The notes under the pieces were generated by a model. It worked only from the letters and a program-made list of their open reading frames with translations, had not been told where the DNA came from and searched no databases. Positions 14,351-22,273 of a DNA stretch of 48,046 nt are shown here, one piece after another. How positions within the stretch are numbered: the stretch's first letter is position 1; every line of letters begins with the position of its first letter. Source of the DNA: Candidatus Woesearchaeota archaeon (GTDB lineage: Archaea > Nanobdellota > Nanobdellia > Woesearchaeales > JAGVYO01); contig JAGVYO010000006.1 in assembly GCA_018303225.1 (NCBI GenBank), forward strand, positions 1 to 48,046. Direction: 5' to 3'. The translations under genes and the position numbers were made by a program.

Positions 14351-16111
14351 TCAAACCCCCCACATGGGGTTCTCTTTCCGCATAATCGAAGCGATCTCTT
14401 TCAGCACATCCTTATCCTGTTGATTTAAATGCTGCTTCAGCTCCTTCATCTTCCGGAAATCCTCTTCGGATACATAGCTGTATAACACATCCCCTTCGAC
14501 AATCTGCCGGCCCACCATCACCCGATCCAAAGAAACCGCCACCTGCTTGCCCTTCTCGGCCTTCTCGATGTTCTCCTGGTCCATCTGGATGCCCTTCACC
14601 GTCGTCAGGGCATGGCCGTCCTTCTTCATCAGGGTCGTCCCGACTTTCAGTGTGCCCATCAGCACATCCACCCCTACCACGGCCGGATTGCTCTGCCGGA
14701 AAACGTATCCTTTCATCAGCTGGATCTTGCAGGGCTTCGTCACTACGTCCAGCTCGGACGTTTCCTGCCGCTTCCGCTCGGTGTCCTGCCATTCCTCGAA
14801 CTTCTCGATCAGCGTGTAGATGACGGCATCCGTGAGCACCTTGACCGGGCTGCTCTGGACCCCGGGCAGCAGCGAAACATTGAATCCCAGCACAACCGCC
14901 ATCAGCGGATCCTTCTCGCCGCAGCTGTCTGCATCCGCGATATCCTTTTTTGTGATGTTGCCGATGGACGCTTTCCGGATCTGGATATGCTTCTCTCTCA
15001 GCAGCGTCATCAGCGCCTCCAGCGAGCCCAATGAATCGGCCTTGATCACAAGCCCTTCCGGGTCTGTTTCCAGCAGGACCTCTTCCACCTCTTTCTGGAT
15101 TTCCTCTTTGACCCTCTCAACATCCTCAGCCTTTGCGCTGCGCAGGGGCATTCCAGCAACGGCTTCCTCAGTGCCGGGTGCAGAAATCTTCACTCCGGTG
15201 GCGGCCGTCACTTTTTTGATGCGCTTGAATTTGCTTTTGCGGTCCCGCATCTCCTCCAGGGGCAGCGGCTCGAACAGTGCCTTCACCTTGGCTACAATCG
15301 GCTCTCCCAGCGATCCGACGACAATTGTATCGCCCTCTTTCAGCATGCCGTCATAGAGAATGGCATCCATGGTTTTTCCCAAACCTTTGTCTTCCTTGAT
15401 CTCAAGGATGGTGCCCTTGGCAGCTCCTTTTTCCGACACTTCCAGCTCCCCGGCCAGGTATTTCTGCGCCAGCCCGGCCATCACCATCAGCAGCTCCGCA
15501 ATGCCCTCCCCGGTTTTGGCCGAAACAGGCACAATCGCAATCTGCTTGGTGAAATCATCCACCCGGTCAAAACGCTCGCTGTTGAACCCGTATTGGCTCA
15601 GTTTCCCGACCAGCTCATAGAGTTTCGTATCCAGGAGACGCTGGACGCTCTCGGGCTGCTTCTGGATGCACGCAAGCAACGCTTCTTTCTTGGTCTGCCA
15701 GCCCGGCAGCAGATCGATCTTGTTGGCCGCCAGCAGGAACGGCGTCTTGTAATGCTTCAGGATCTCGATGCATTCCACGGTCTGCGACTTGATGCCCTCG
15801 TTGATGTCCACCACCACGATGGCGATATCCGCTAAATTGCCGCCCCGTTTCCGCAGGTGGGTAAAGGCCGCATGCCCCGGCGTATCAATGAACAGCAGGC
15901 CGGGCAACGTAAGTTGGATGCCCAGTTTCTTCAGCAGATCGGCACAATGCGCCAGGATGACCGATGCCGGGATGATTGAGGCGCCGATGGCCTGGGTGAT
16001 CTGCCCGGCCTCCCCGGCCACGATAGCCGTGCCCCTAATCTTATCTAAGATGCTTGACTTGCCGTGGTCGATATGGCCCACGACCGTGCAGATGGGGCTT
16101 CGGGTTGCCAT
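14351..16111 (-). CDS. infB: Translation initiation factor aIF5B
   Basis: GTPase motifs VVGHIDHGKSSILD, FIDTPGH and ANKIDL. Length and domain order are typical of aIF5B. Confidence 0.9.
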   Translation of the reverse strand: MATRSPICTVVGHIDHGKSSILDKIRGTAIVAGEAGQITQAIGASIIPASVILAHCADLLKKLGIQLTLPGLLFIDTPGHAAFTHLRKRGGNLADIAIVVVDINEGIKSQTVECIEILKHYKTPFLLAANKIDLLPGWQTKKEALLACIQKQPESVQRLLDTKLYELVGKLSQYGFNSERFDRVDDFTKQIAIVPVSAKTGEGIAELLMVMAGLAQKYLAGELEVSEKGAAKGTILEIKEDKGLGKTMDAILYDGMLKEGDTIVVGSLGEPIVAKVKALFEPLPLEEMRDRKSKFKRIKKVTAATGVKISAPGTEEAVAGMPLRSAKAEDVERVKEEIQKEVEEVLLETDPEGLVIKADSLGSLEALMTLLREKHIQIRKASIGNITKKDIADADSCGEKDPLMAVVLGFNVSLLPGVQSSPVKVLTDAVIYTLIEKFEEWQDTERKRQETSELDVVTKPCKIQLMKGYVFRQSNPAVVGVDVLMGTLKVGTTLMKKDGHALTTVKGIQMDQENIEKAEKGKQVAVSLDRVMVGRQIVEGDVLYSYVSEEDFRKMKELKQHLNQQDKDVLKEIASIMRKENPMWGV

Positions 16112-16217
16112 AGAAATGCCCAGAACAAAAGCGGCTTTTTAAAGATTTGCACCCAAAAAATAATCCAATCGTTAAGGGCAGCCAGAATCAGTCAGATGTT
16201 GATTAGAGGGTTAGGAC

Positions 16218-16610
16218 CTATCTTTTTCTGAATTTAAATTTCTTATTATATTCATCATGGTTAATGATGTCGAGAACAAAAGCAATTATTTCAATCTCAT
16301 CGCTTTCCAATGTGTAGATCATCCTCCAATAATCGGGCAAGTCAGCAATGAAAAGATTATCCGCATCGTATTTTCGCCTATACGCTATTGGAATTAAGTC
16401 CTTCTTTGCATTTTCCCCATAAAATGGGTTATTGATGATAACATCAAAGAGTCTATTGATAGCATTAAGAAGGGTTATATCTTTTGAGCTCGTAACTCCT
16501 TGACTACGCTGTTCCCCAACTAGTTTGTTTAAGTCGTTGAATGCTTCTTCAGCATCACCAACCAGTTTGACAGTAATCTTTTTCTTTATCTTGCCCTTGT
16601 ACCTTTTCAT
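16218..16610 (-). CDS. RelE/ParE-superfamily toxin-like protein
   Basis: C-terminal LPDYWRMIYTLESDEIEIIAFVLDIINHDEYNKKF fits the RelE/ParE/YoeB-type pattern. 4-nt overlap with the upstream gene. Low-GC islet. Confidence 0.55.
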   Translation of the reverse strand: MKRYKGKIKKKITVKLVGDAEEAFNDLNKLVGEQRSQGVTSSKDITLLNAINRLFDVIINNPFYGENAKKDLIPIAYRRKYDADNLFIADLPDYWRMIYTLESDEIEIIAFVLDIINHDEYNKKFKFRKR

Positions 16611-16894
16611 CTAACAGCCAATCCCTGCATTTTTTTCAGTTTGCTCTGCGGCTTGAATGTCCAAAGCACTTTATCATCATGAACTACAATCTTACCGCTG
16701 TATTCCAAGTAATCAATGACAGCCATCAAAGTTTGGTGCATGACCTGCTTTGGAAGCAGTCTTTTGAGCTTTCCAATGGTCAAAACTTCGCCTATCTTGC
16801 TTAATGTTTCTTCCACCATCAGGACAGTGTTAAGCGTGGGGCTTCTTTGATCGCTATAACCCCTTTTCCTCATGAGTAGCGTTTCCGGGCTCAT
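16607..16894 (-). CDS. Putative antitoxin / winged-helix protein
   Basis: 95 aa, immediately upstream of and overlapping the toxin-like gene. LMAVIDYLEYSGKIVVHDDKVLW suggests a winged helix. Confidence 0.45.
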   Translation of the reverse strand: MSPETLLMRKRGYSDQRSPTLNTVLMVEETLSKIGEVLTIGKLKRLLPKQVMHQTLMAVIDYLEYSGKIVVHDDKVLWTFKPQSKLKKMQGLAVR

Positions 16895-16901
16895 TTTACC
16901 T

Positions 16902-16930
16902 CATATCAATTGATATGGTATCACTTGATA
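16902..16930. promoter_or_regulatory. Putative operator of the toxin-antitoxin operon
   Basis: Perfect 16-bp palindrome CATATCAATTGATATG (16902..16917) followed by TATCACTTGATA (16919..30). Both lie between an AT-rich TATA-like ATATATAAAT and the ATG at 16894. Confidence 0.5.
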
Positions 16931-17056
16931 TATAAATGTTTTGGTTTAATTAAGCAAATCCTCTTTTATTTCTATTTGCCACTTTAAAATGGTATCAAAA
17001 AGAAAACTTTAAATACCCTTCTGTATTCCCACTGCTATAAAGATTGGGGGGATTTC

Positions 17057-17452
17057 ATGAACCTGAAAAAATCCGTTATGTTGGCATTACTACCGTTATT
17101 TGTTCTTTCCGTCGTTGCAGCTGCAAGCGCTTCGGCAGACAACATCCGCATCGAGCAGATCGGCTTTGGATATTCGGATGTGGTAGAGCAGGGTGCAAGC
17201 CTGAACGCACGCATCCGCGTTACCCCGTATGATGTGGCTGCGCTGAAAGACACCCGCATCAGGGTCTATGTGCCGGAACTGAACGCCTACGGCGCCGCAC
17301 GCCCGTTTGAAGCGACCAGGAACAGCAACGAGCTGAGGACCGTCACGATACCTATCTATGAGGATGTTGCATCCGCGGATTATTATGCCCGCATCGTCGT
17401 GTACAGCGACGGCGCGAAGCGTGTGGTCCACCGGCCGTTCAGCGTCCAGTGA
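17057..17452 (+). CDS. Secreted small protein, paralog of the surface-protein C-terminal domain
   Basis: Signal peptide MNLKKSVMLALLPLFVLSVVAAASASA. RIRVYVPELN...YYARIVVYSDG aligns with HVKAFIPDLN...YYPVKIVARNDEG of the 19921..20271 product. Confidence 0.55.
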   Translation: MNLKKSVMLALLPLFVLSVVAAASASADNIRIEQIGFGYSDVVEQGASLNARIRVTPYDVAALKDTRIRVYVPELNAYGAARPFEATRNSNELRTVTIPIYEDVASADYYARIVVYSDGAKRVVHRPFSVQ

Positions 17453-17569
17453 TCTTTTTCTCTTTATTTTTATCACTATACAATAGTATCAAAATAGGAA
17501 GATTTATATAGTAGTGCGTCCCCCTATTTCCTAATATATCAACGTTGGGTTGCCCTAGTAGCGGCCAGT

Positions 17570-19828
17570 GTGCATGCCAATGTCGCACCGAATGCCCCCG
17601 TAGCAAGCTATCCGCAGGATAATACGGCCAATATACCTATCAGCAAAGACAACAGGGCCTATGGCAGCTATTTGATCTGGCGCGGCACAGACCCGGACCA
17701 CGATCCCTTGCTGCTTACACATGAGTTCTATTTCGGAAACGCATCCACTAACCTGATAATTAGGGAAACATCCGGCCCGAAAGACACCGACGGCACCGGG
17801 AAATACCTCCTGCAAGACCAGCTGGCCTATAGCCAGGCCTATTTCTGGAAGGTCATCGTTGTGGATCCATTAGGGGCAAGAACAGAAGGCCCTATATGGA
17901 GATTTACGGCTGAGCAGGCCCCGATCCAAAATCCGCCTGTCCTGGTCCTCATAGGCAACAGGCAAATCAATGAAGGCCAGACCCTCACATTTACAATATC
18001 GGCAACGGACGCAAACAATGACCCGTTGACGTATTCCGCAACCGGTCTTCCGACCGGCGCAAGCTTTACGCCCGCCACCAGAACGTTCGCTTGGACGCCT
18101 GGCTTTAGCCAAGCCAATGCCTATAGCGTGACGTTTAATGTGAGCGACGGCACGGCCACCGATTCCGAGACGATCACAATCACTGTGAACGATGTGACAC
18201 CGCCGCAAAGCAATGGTGCACCTACGGTGAGTTCGTTCAGCCCAAGCACAAGCACCCTGATTGCAGCGGATAATGTAGCAAAGAACTTCAGCGTCACGGC
18301 CTCCGACCCGGAAGGAAGCACCTTGACCTATCAATGGTACCTGAATAACAATGCAGTAGCAGGACAGACCGCCAACAGCTATTCAAACAGTTTCGCGACC
18401 GCCGGAACCTTCGGCGTGAAAGTAGCCATCAGCGACGGAACCAACGTGGTAGAGCGTTCCTGGACCGTCACCGTGAGCACCGTTCCGGTCGCAACAACCT
18501 TTGACGGCAGCACCACCAATTTTGCCCAGCTTTCCAATTTAAACAACGTCACCAATGTGACGCTGGAAAAAAGCGCAGCCGGAAAGATTGCGTTCGGCAA
18601 CAGCGCATTGAATTTGAGCGACGTGGCGGATGTAGACAGCAACGTAGTCATCGCCAACGGGCTGATCGGCATCAACACGCAGAACCTGCCGCAGCTGAAC
18701 AAGCCGGCTACCTTAACCATGTATAATGTGAATTTTGCCACTACCCCTACTATCTTTTACACCGACGGCTTCACCACGGACAAGAACCAGATCAACAACG
18801 TATGCACGTTCTGCAGCGTGGTCAGCTTCCAGAACAACCGGCTGGTATTCACCGCGAGCCATTTCACCACCTTTGCCGTGAAGAACGTGGTGGCCTCCAA
18901 ACTGGCCATCCGCGACCTGGATGTAAAAGTGGCCGATGCCACGGACCGCAACGTGGAGAACGGCGAGACCGTCAGCAAGGACATCGTGCCGGGCGACACC
19001 ATAGAGCTCACGTTGGATGTAGAGAACCTGTTCGCCAATTCCGAGAGGATAGAGATCAAGGACATCCGCATCGAAGCGGTCTTCAAGAAGATCGACGTGG
19101 ACGATGAGGACATCGAGAAGGAAAGCGACGAGTTCGACCTGAACGAGGACGACCACGTGAAAAAGACGCTCACGTTTTCCGTTCCGCACCGCGTCAAGGA
19201 AGACAAGTACGAGATGGACATCAAGGTCGAAGGCAAGGACGAGGACGGCAACACCCACCGCGTGGACTGGACCATCTTCTTTGAAGTGAAGAAGAAGAAT
19301 CACGATGTATCCATCAGCAGATTATTCTTAAGCCCGCAATTGATGCGCTGCGACGCCAGCACCAATCTGGAGCTGGAAATCACGAACACCGGCGACAAGA
19401 GCGAGGACGATGCAGGATATGAGATTGTCAGCAATATGCTCGACATCAATATCCAGAAATCTAATATTGCGCTGGATGACGACCCGGATGATGAAGATTC
19501 AAAATATCGGGAAAGTGTCAAACTCACCCTAGACAAAGACCTGGAGCCGGGCATCTACCAGATCACAGTAAAATCTTCTTATGATGGAAAGATTACCCAG
19601 GAGAAGCGGATTGACCTGACTGTAGAGCAGTGCAGCCCAGTAGCGGTTCGGGTGCCCGAGCCAGATACGAAAGTAGTCGTATCCACCGATGTGCCGGCAA
19701 CCCCTGCACAGCCGAAAGAGCAAGGCTTCCTTGAGTCCAGCGGATACCTCATCCTGGTGGCGGGAATCTACGTCCTGCTGATTGCCATAGCCATCTACGC
19801 AATGGTCTACCTGGTAAGGAAGAGATAA
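17570..19828 (+). CDS. Large cell-surface protein (Ig/cadherin-like and PKD-like repeats, C-terminal TM anchor)
   Basis: Repeats such as NDPLTYSATGLPTGASFTPATRTFAWTP and SDPEGSTLTYQWYLNN. C-terminal GYLILVAGIYVLLIAIAIYAMVYLVRKR. GTG start directly after in-frame TAG TAG. No N-terminal signal peptide visible. Confidence 0.7.
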   Translation: MHANVAPNAPVASYPQDNTANIPISKDNRAYGSYLIWRGTDPDHDPLLLTHEFYFGNASTNLIIRETSGPKDTDGTGKYLLQDQLAYSQAYFWKVIVVDPLGARTEGPIWRFTAEQAPIQNPPVLVLIGNRQINEGQTLTFTISATDANNDPLTYSATGLPTGASFTPATRTFAWTPGFSQANAYSVTFNVSDGTATDSETITITVNDVTPPQSNGAPTVSSFSPSTSTLIAADNVAKNFSVTASDPEGSTLTYQWYLNNNAVAGQTANSYSNSFATAGTFGVKVAISDGTNVVERSWTVTVSTVPVATTFDGSTTNFAQLSNLNNVTNVTLEKSAAGKIAFGNSALNLSDVADVDSNVVIANGLIGINTQNLPQLNKPATLTMYNVNFATTPTIFYTDGFTTDKNQINNVCTFCSVVSFQNNRLVFTASHFTTFAVKNVVASKLAIRDLDVKVADATDRNVENGETVSKDIVPGDTIELTLDVENLFANSERIEIKDIRIEAVFKKIDVDDEDIEKESDEFDLNEDDHVKKTLTFSVPHRVKEDKYEMDIKVEGKDEDGNTHRVDWTIFFEVKKKNHDVSISRLFLSPQLMRCDASTNLELEITNTGDKSEDDAGYEIVSNMLDINIQKSNIALDDDPDDEDSKYRESVKLTLDKDLEPGIYQITVKSSYDGKITQEKRIDLTVEQCSPVAVRVPEPDTKVVVSTDVPATPAQPKEQGFLESSGYLILVAGIYVLLIAIAIYAMVYLVRKR

Positions 19829-19920
19829 TTTTTTCTTCTGATTTTCGTAACTTAGACAGAATACAAATCTTTAAATAAAAGCCCACCCAAGAATAAGAGT
19901 GTTAAAAAAGGGTGGACGAT

Positions 19921-20271
19921 ATGAAGAATGAAGCTTTCATCTTGCCGTTTCTTGCATTGCTGGTACTGAGCCCTTTGGGCACGATGTTCTGGTACGATCC
20001 AGTAACCGATAACGACCCGTTCGAACTCTATGTGAACGTCCGCGGCCTGGATCATGACGCAGACGATGTGCACGTGAAGGCCTTCATCCCGGACCTCAAC
20101 ATCGAAGTGGCCTCCAGGGAGTTTGATCTGGACAGGAACGAGAATATGCTGGTATACATCAATTCCTTTGAGCTCGCAGGCGCAGTGCCGGGATATTACC
20201 CGGTGAAGATAGTAGCCAGGAACGACGAAGGCGTGAGGGACAGCCGCTATATCTGGTTTACTGTTGAATAA
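19921..20271 (+). CDS. Small membrane/secreted protein, paralog of 17057..17452
   Basis: ATG at 19921 gives MKNEAFILPFLALLVLSPLG (hydrophobic N-terminus). Shares the domain described for the neighbouring genes. Confidence 0.5.
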   Translation: MKNEAFILPFLALLVLSPLGTMFWYDPVTDNDPFELYVNVRGLDHDADDVHVKAFIPDLNIEVASREFDLDRNENMLVYINSFELAGAVPGYYPVKIVARNDEGVRDSRYIWFTVE

Positions 20272-20314
20272 ACTCCCAATAGATTTTTATGTGTCCTCTT
20301 TTTCTTAATAGGGT

Positions 20315-21319
20315 ATGGACCAACAGATAACCGAAGGCAAAGCCATCATCAGTGTCCCGAAAACCGAGAAGATATCCAAGGCCATGCCGGCCTTCTACAA
20401 CCCGGTCATGAAGCTGAACAGGGACATCTCGGTCCTGGTGCTGAAAGCATGGAGCAAAAACCAGCTCAACATCGCGCTGCCGCTGGCGGGAACCGGCGTA
20501 CGGGCAATCCGTTTTCTGAAAGAGCTGCCGAAAAGCAAGATCAGGAGCATAGCGGTCAATGATGCAAATCCGACGGCCATAAAGTATATCAGAGCCAACC
20601 TGAAAAAGAATAAGATAAAAAGGAAAATTTCCATTTCCAATAAAGATGCCAGCCAATTTCTACTGGAAAACAGCGCAATGGACTACATCGACATCGATCC
20701 CTTTGGGACCCCCAATCCGTTCCTGGACAGCGCAGTCAAGCGGATAACAAACGAAGGCATCCTGGCAGTAACCGCAACCGATACAGCACCCTTGTGCGGC
20801 ACCTATCCCGAGGCCTGCCTCCGGAAATACTGGGCGGTTTCCAAAAGAAGCCCCATCATGCACGAGACAGGATTAAGGATCCTGATCCGCAAGGTCCAGC
20901 TTATCGGAGCGCAATACCAAAAGGCGTTGGTCCCCCTCTACGCCTACGCAAAAGAGCATTATTTCAGGGCGTTTTTCTCGTGCAAGAAGTCAAAGGCAGA
21001 GTGCCAGCGATTGCTGCAACAGCACGGCATGCTCAACGATATAGGACCTTTTGCAAAGAAAGTAACTGAAAAAGCCGATAAGAAGGACAAAGAGACATCA
21101 AAATTCACAGAAACCATCGTAGAAGAGAGCAGCATCCAGGCAGTAGGGTTCTATGACATCCACCATTTGTGCAAGGAATACAAATTCCCCCAGATTCCGA
21201 AGCGAGAAGCGATCATCGGGAAAATCAGAAAGAAAGGCTACAAGGCCTCACCAACACATTTTACCGGCGAAGGCATACGGAGCGATATCCCACTAAAAGA
21301 ACTGCTGAAACTGTTTTAG
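20315..21319 (+). CDS. trm1: tRNA (guanine26-N2)-dimethyltransferase
   Basis: FYNPVMKLNRDISV, LAGTGVRAIRFLKE, DYIDIDPFGTPNPFLDSA and VTATDTAPLCG are TRM1 signatures. Confidence 0.85.
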   Translation: MDQQITEGKAIISVPKTEKISKAMPAFYNPVMKLNRDISVLVLKAWSKNQLNIALPLAGTGVRAIRFLKELPKSKIRSIAVNDANPTAIKYIRANLKKNKIKRKISISNKDASQFLLENSAMDYIDIDPFGTPNPFLDSAVKRITNEGILAVTATDTAPLCGTYPEACLRKYWAVSKRSPIMHETGLRILIRKVQLIGAQYQKALVPLYAYAKEHYFRAFFSCKKSKAECQRLLQQHGMLNDIGPFAKKVTEKADKKDKETSKFTETIVEESSIQAVGFYDIHHLCKEYKFPQIPKREAIIGKIRKKGYKASPTHFTGEGIRSDIPLKELLKLF

Positions 21320-21594
21320 CCCACGGCCCTTCGTACGTCCACCACTTCGACTGAATTGACGCCTCCTATTTTAGAAATCTGGTTCTCCAGCTCTTCGGTG
21401 GAGCCCTTGCTCTCATCCATGACAAACGTGAGCTTCAATGCCTTTAAACCGAAAGCGACCGGCTCCTGCTCCATCCTCATGTCTCCTGCACCTGCAAAGG
21501 AGGAGATGTAGGATTTCGCTTCCTCGGCCAGCTGGTCCAGATCGGTCTCCGGGCTTTCCGGCATGATTTTCAGGGTGATGATGACGTTTGCCAT
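21316..21594 (-). CDS. Elongation factor aEF-1beta
   Basis: Internal ATG at 21594 gives MANVIITLKIMPESPETDLDQL...EPVAFGLKALKLTFVMDE...VEVVDVRR. Stop codon overlaps the trm1 stop. Confidence 0.85.
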   Translation of the reverse strand: MANVIITLKIMPESPETDLDQLAEEAKSYISSFAGAGDMRMEQEPVAFGLKALKLTFVMDESKGSTEELENQISKIGGVNSVEVVDVRRAVG

Positions 21595-21647
21595 TTTGAA
21601 GAGATTTTCAAACAAACATTTCCCATTGGAATTTTTTTATTTTTTCT

Positions 21648-21898
21648 TTGCGGTAAGGCTCATCCCAAAAATTTCGGCACGAAATTTTTGGAATAGTACG
21701 CTTTCGCTAAAAAAATGATGTCAAGCGAAAACCGACCACCACCGGTCGGAGACCGGTGGCATGCTCGCTCGCTTCGCTCGCTCGGGTCGGTTTTCTGGAC
21801 CCTCAATTTTCCATGAGGTCGGTTTTCTGGACCCTCAATTTTCCATGAGTCATTTGACCACCACTCCGAGAGTGGTGGAAAATTGAGATTTTAATGCG
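21648..21898 (+). repeat. Family A element (copy A2) carrying a 167-nt nested-hairpin insertion
   Basis: TTGCGGTAAGGCTCATCC-CAAAAATTTCG-GCA-CGAAATTTTTG...AAAAAATGATG, then an insertion at 21721..21887, then ATTTTAATGCGTT. Confidence 0.8.
21786..21849 (+). repeat. Perfect 32-bp tandem duplication
   Basis: GTCGGTTTTCTGGACCCTCAATTTTCCATGAG occurs at 21786..21817 and again at 21818..21849. Confidence 0.95.
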
Positions 21899-21972
21899 TT
21901 GTTTTATTTTTGGCCGATTCCCCGGCATAATAGTTTCTAAAGCGCTAAAGATGATTAGTCGATATTGGCAAT

Positions 21973-22146
21973 TTAATTAGGACCCGAAAAGTTGCATCCC
22001 GTGCATGTGTACCGGGCCGCAATCTCCCGGCAGTGCCGGCACCGGACAATCTCGACCTTGCTGCAGTTCGGGCAGAGAAACCGGACAGCGCCCTGGGTAT
22101 TGGTGATCTGCTTCTTACACGAGGTACAAATGGTACTTTTTTCCAT
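21973..22146 (-). CDS. Small double zinc-ribbon protein (COG2888/DUF1610-like)
   Basis: Below the ORF-track size cutoff. My translation: MEKSTICTSCKKQITNTQGAVRFLCPNCSKVEIVRCRHCREIAARYTCTGCNFSGPN (57 aa, four CxxC pairs). Such a gene commonly neighbours aEF-1beta in archaea. Confidence 0.6.
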   Translation of the reverse strand: MEKSTICTSCKKQITNTQGAVRFLCPNCSKVEIVRCRHCREIAARYTCTGCNFSGPN

Positions 22147-22176
22147 CGACCAGAGGATTTAAGGCTGATTTATAAA

Positions 22177-22273
22177 GGTTTTGAAATCTGAAAGATTGCA
22201 AGACCCCAGAAAGCTTCGCTTTCGTTGGGTTTTGAAATCCGAAGGATTTCAAGACCTTAGGAAGCATAACTTC
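22177..22273 (+). repeat. Family B element (copy B2)
   Basis: GGTTTTGAAATCT-GAA-AGATTGCAAGACC, then CCAGAAAGCTTCGCTTTCGTTG, then GGTTTTGAAATCC-GAA-GGATTTCAAGACC, then TTAGGAAGCATAACTTCC. The last hairpin overlaps the final codons of rtcA on the opposite strand. Confidence 0.8.

Noticed and set aside
17570-19828. Diversity-generating retroelement target in the surface protein
   Set aside because: No reverse transcriptase gene and no template/variable repeat pair were detectable in the window.
21700-21725. Family A right block (AAAAAATGATG...) as a C/D-box sRNA
   Set aside because: TGATG is not followed by a properly spaced CTGA D box with terminal pairing, and the motif varies (TGATT in copy A1). 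There is no k-turn arrangement.
21786-21849. Possible CRISPR-like repeat
   Set aside because: There are only two directly abutting 32-bp copies, no spacers and no cas genes in the window. It is a tandem duplication, not an array.
21761-21886. 41-aa ORF (MLARFARSGRFSGPSIFHEVGFLDPQFS...) inside the repeat insertion
   Set aside because: It is composed entirely of repeat and hairpin sequence including the 32-bp duplication, and I saw no promoter-like or ribosome-binding context. Most likely fortuitous.
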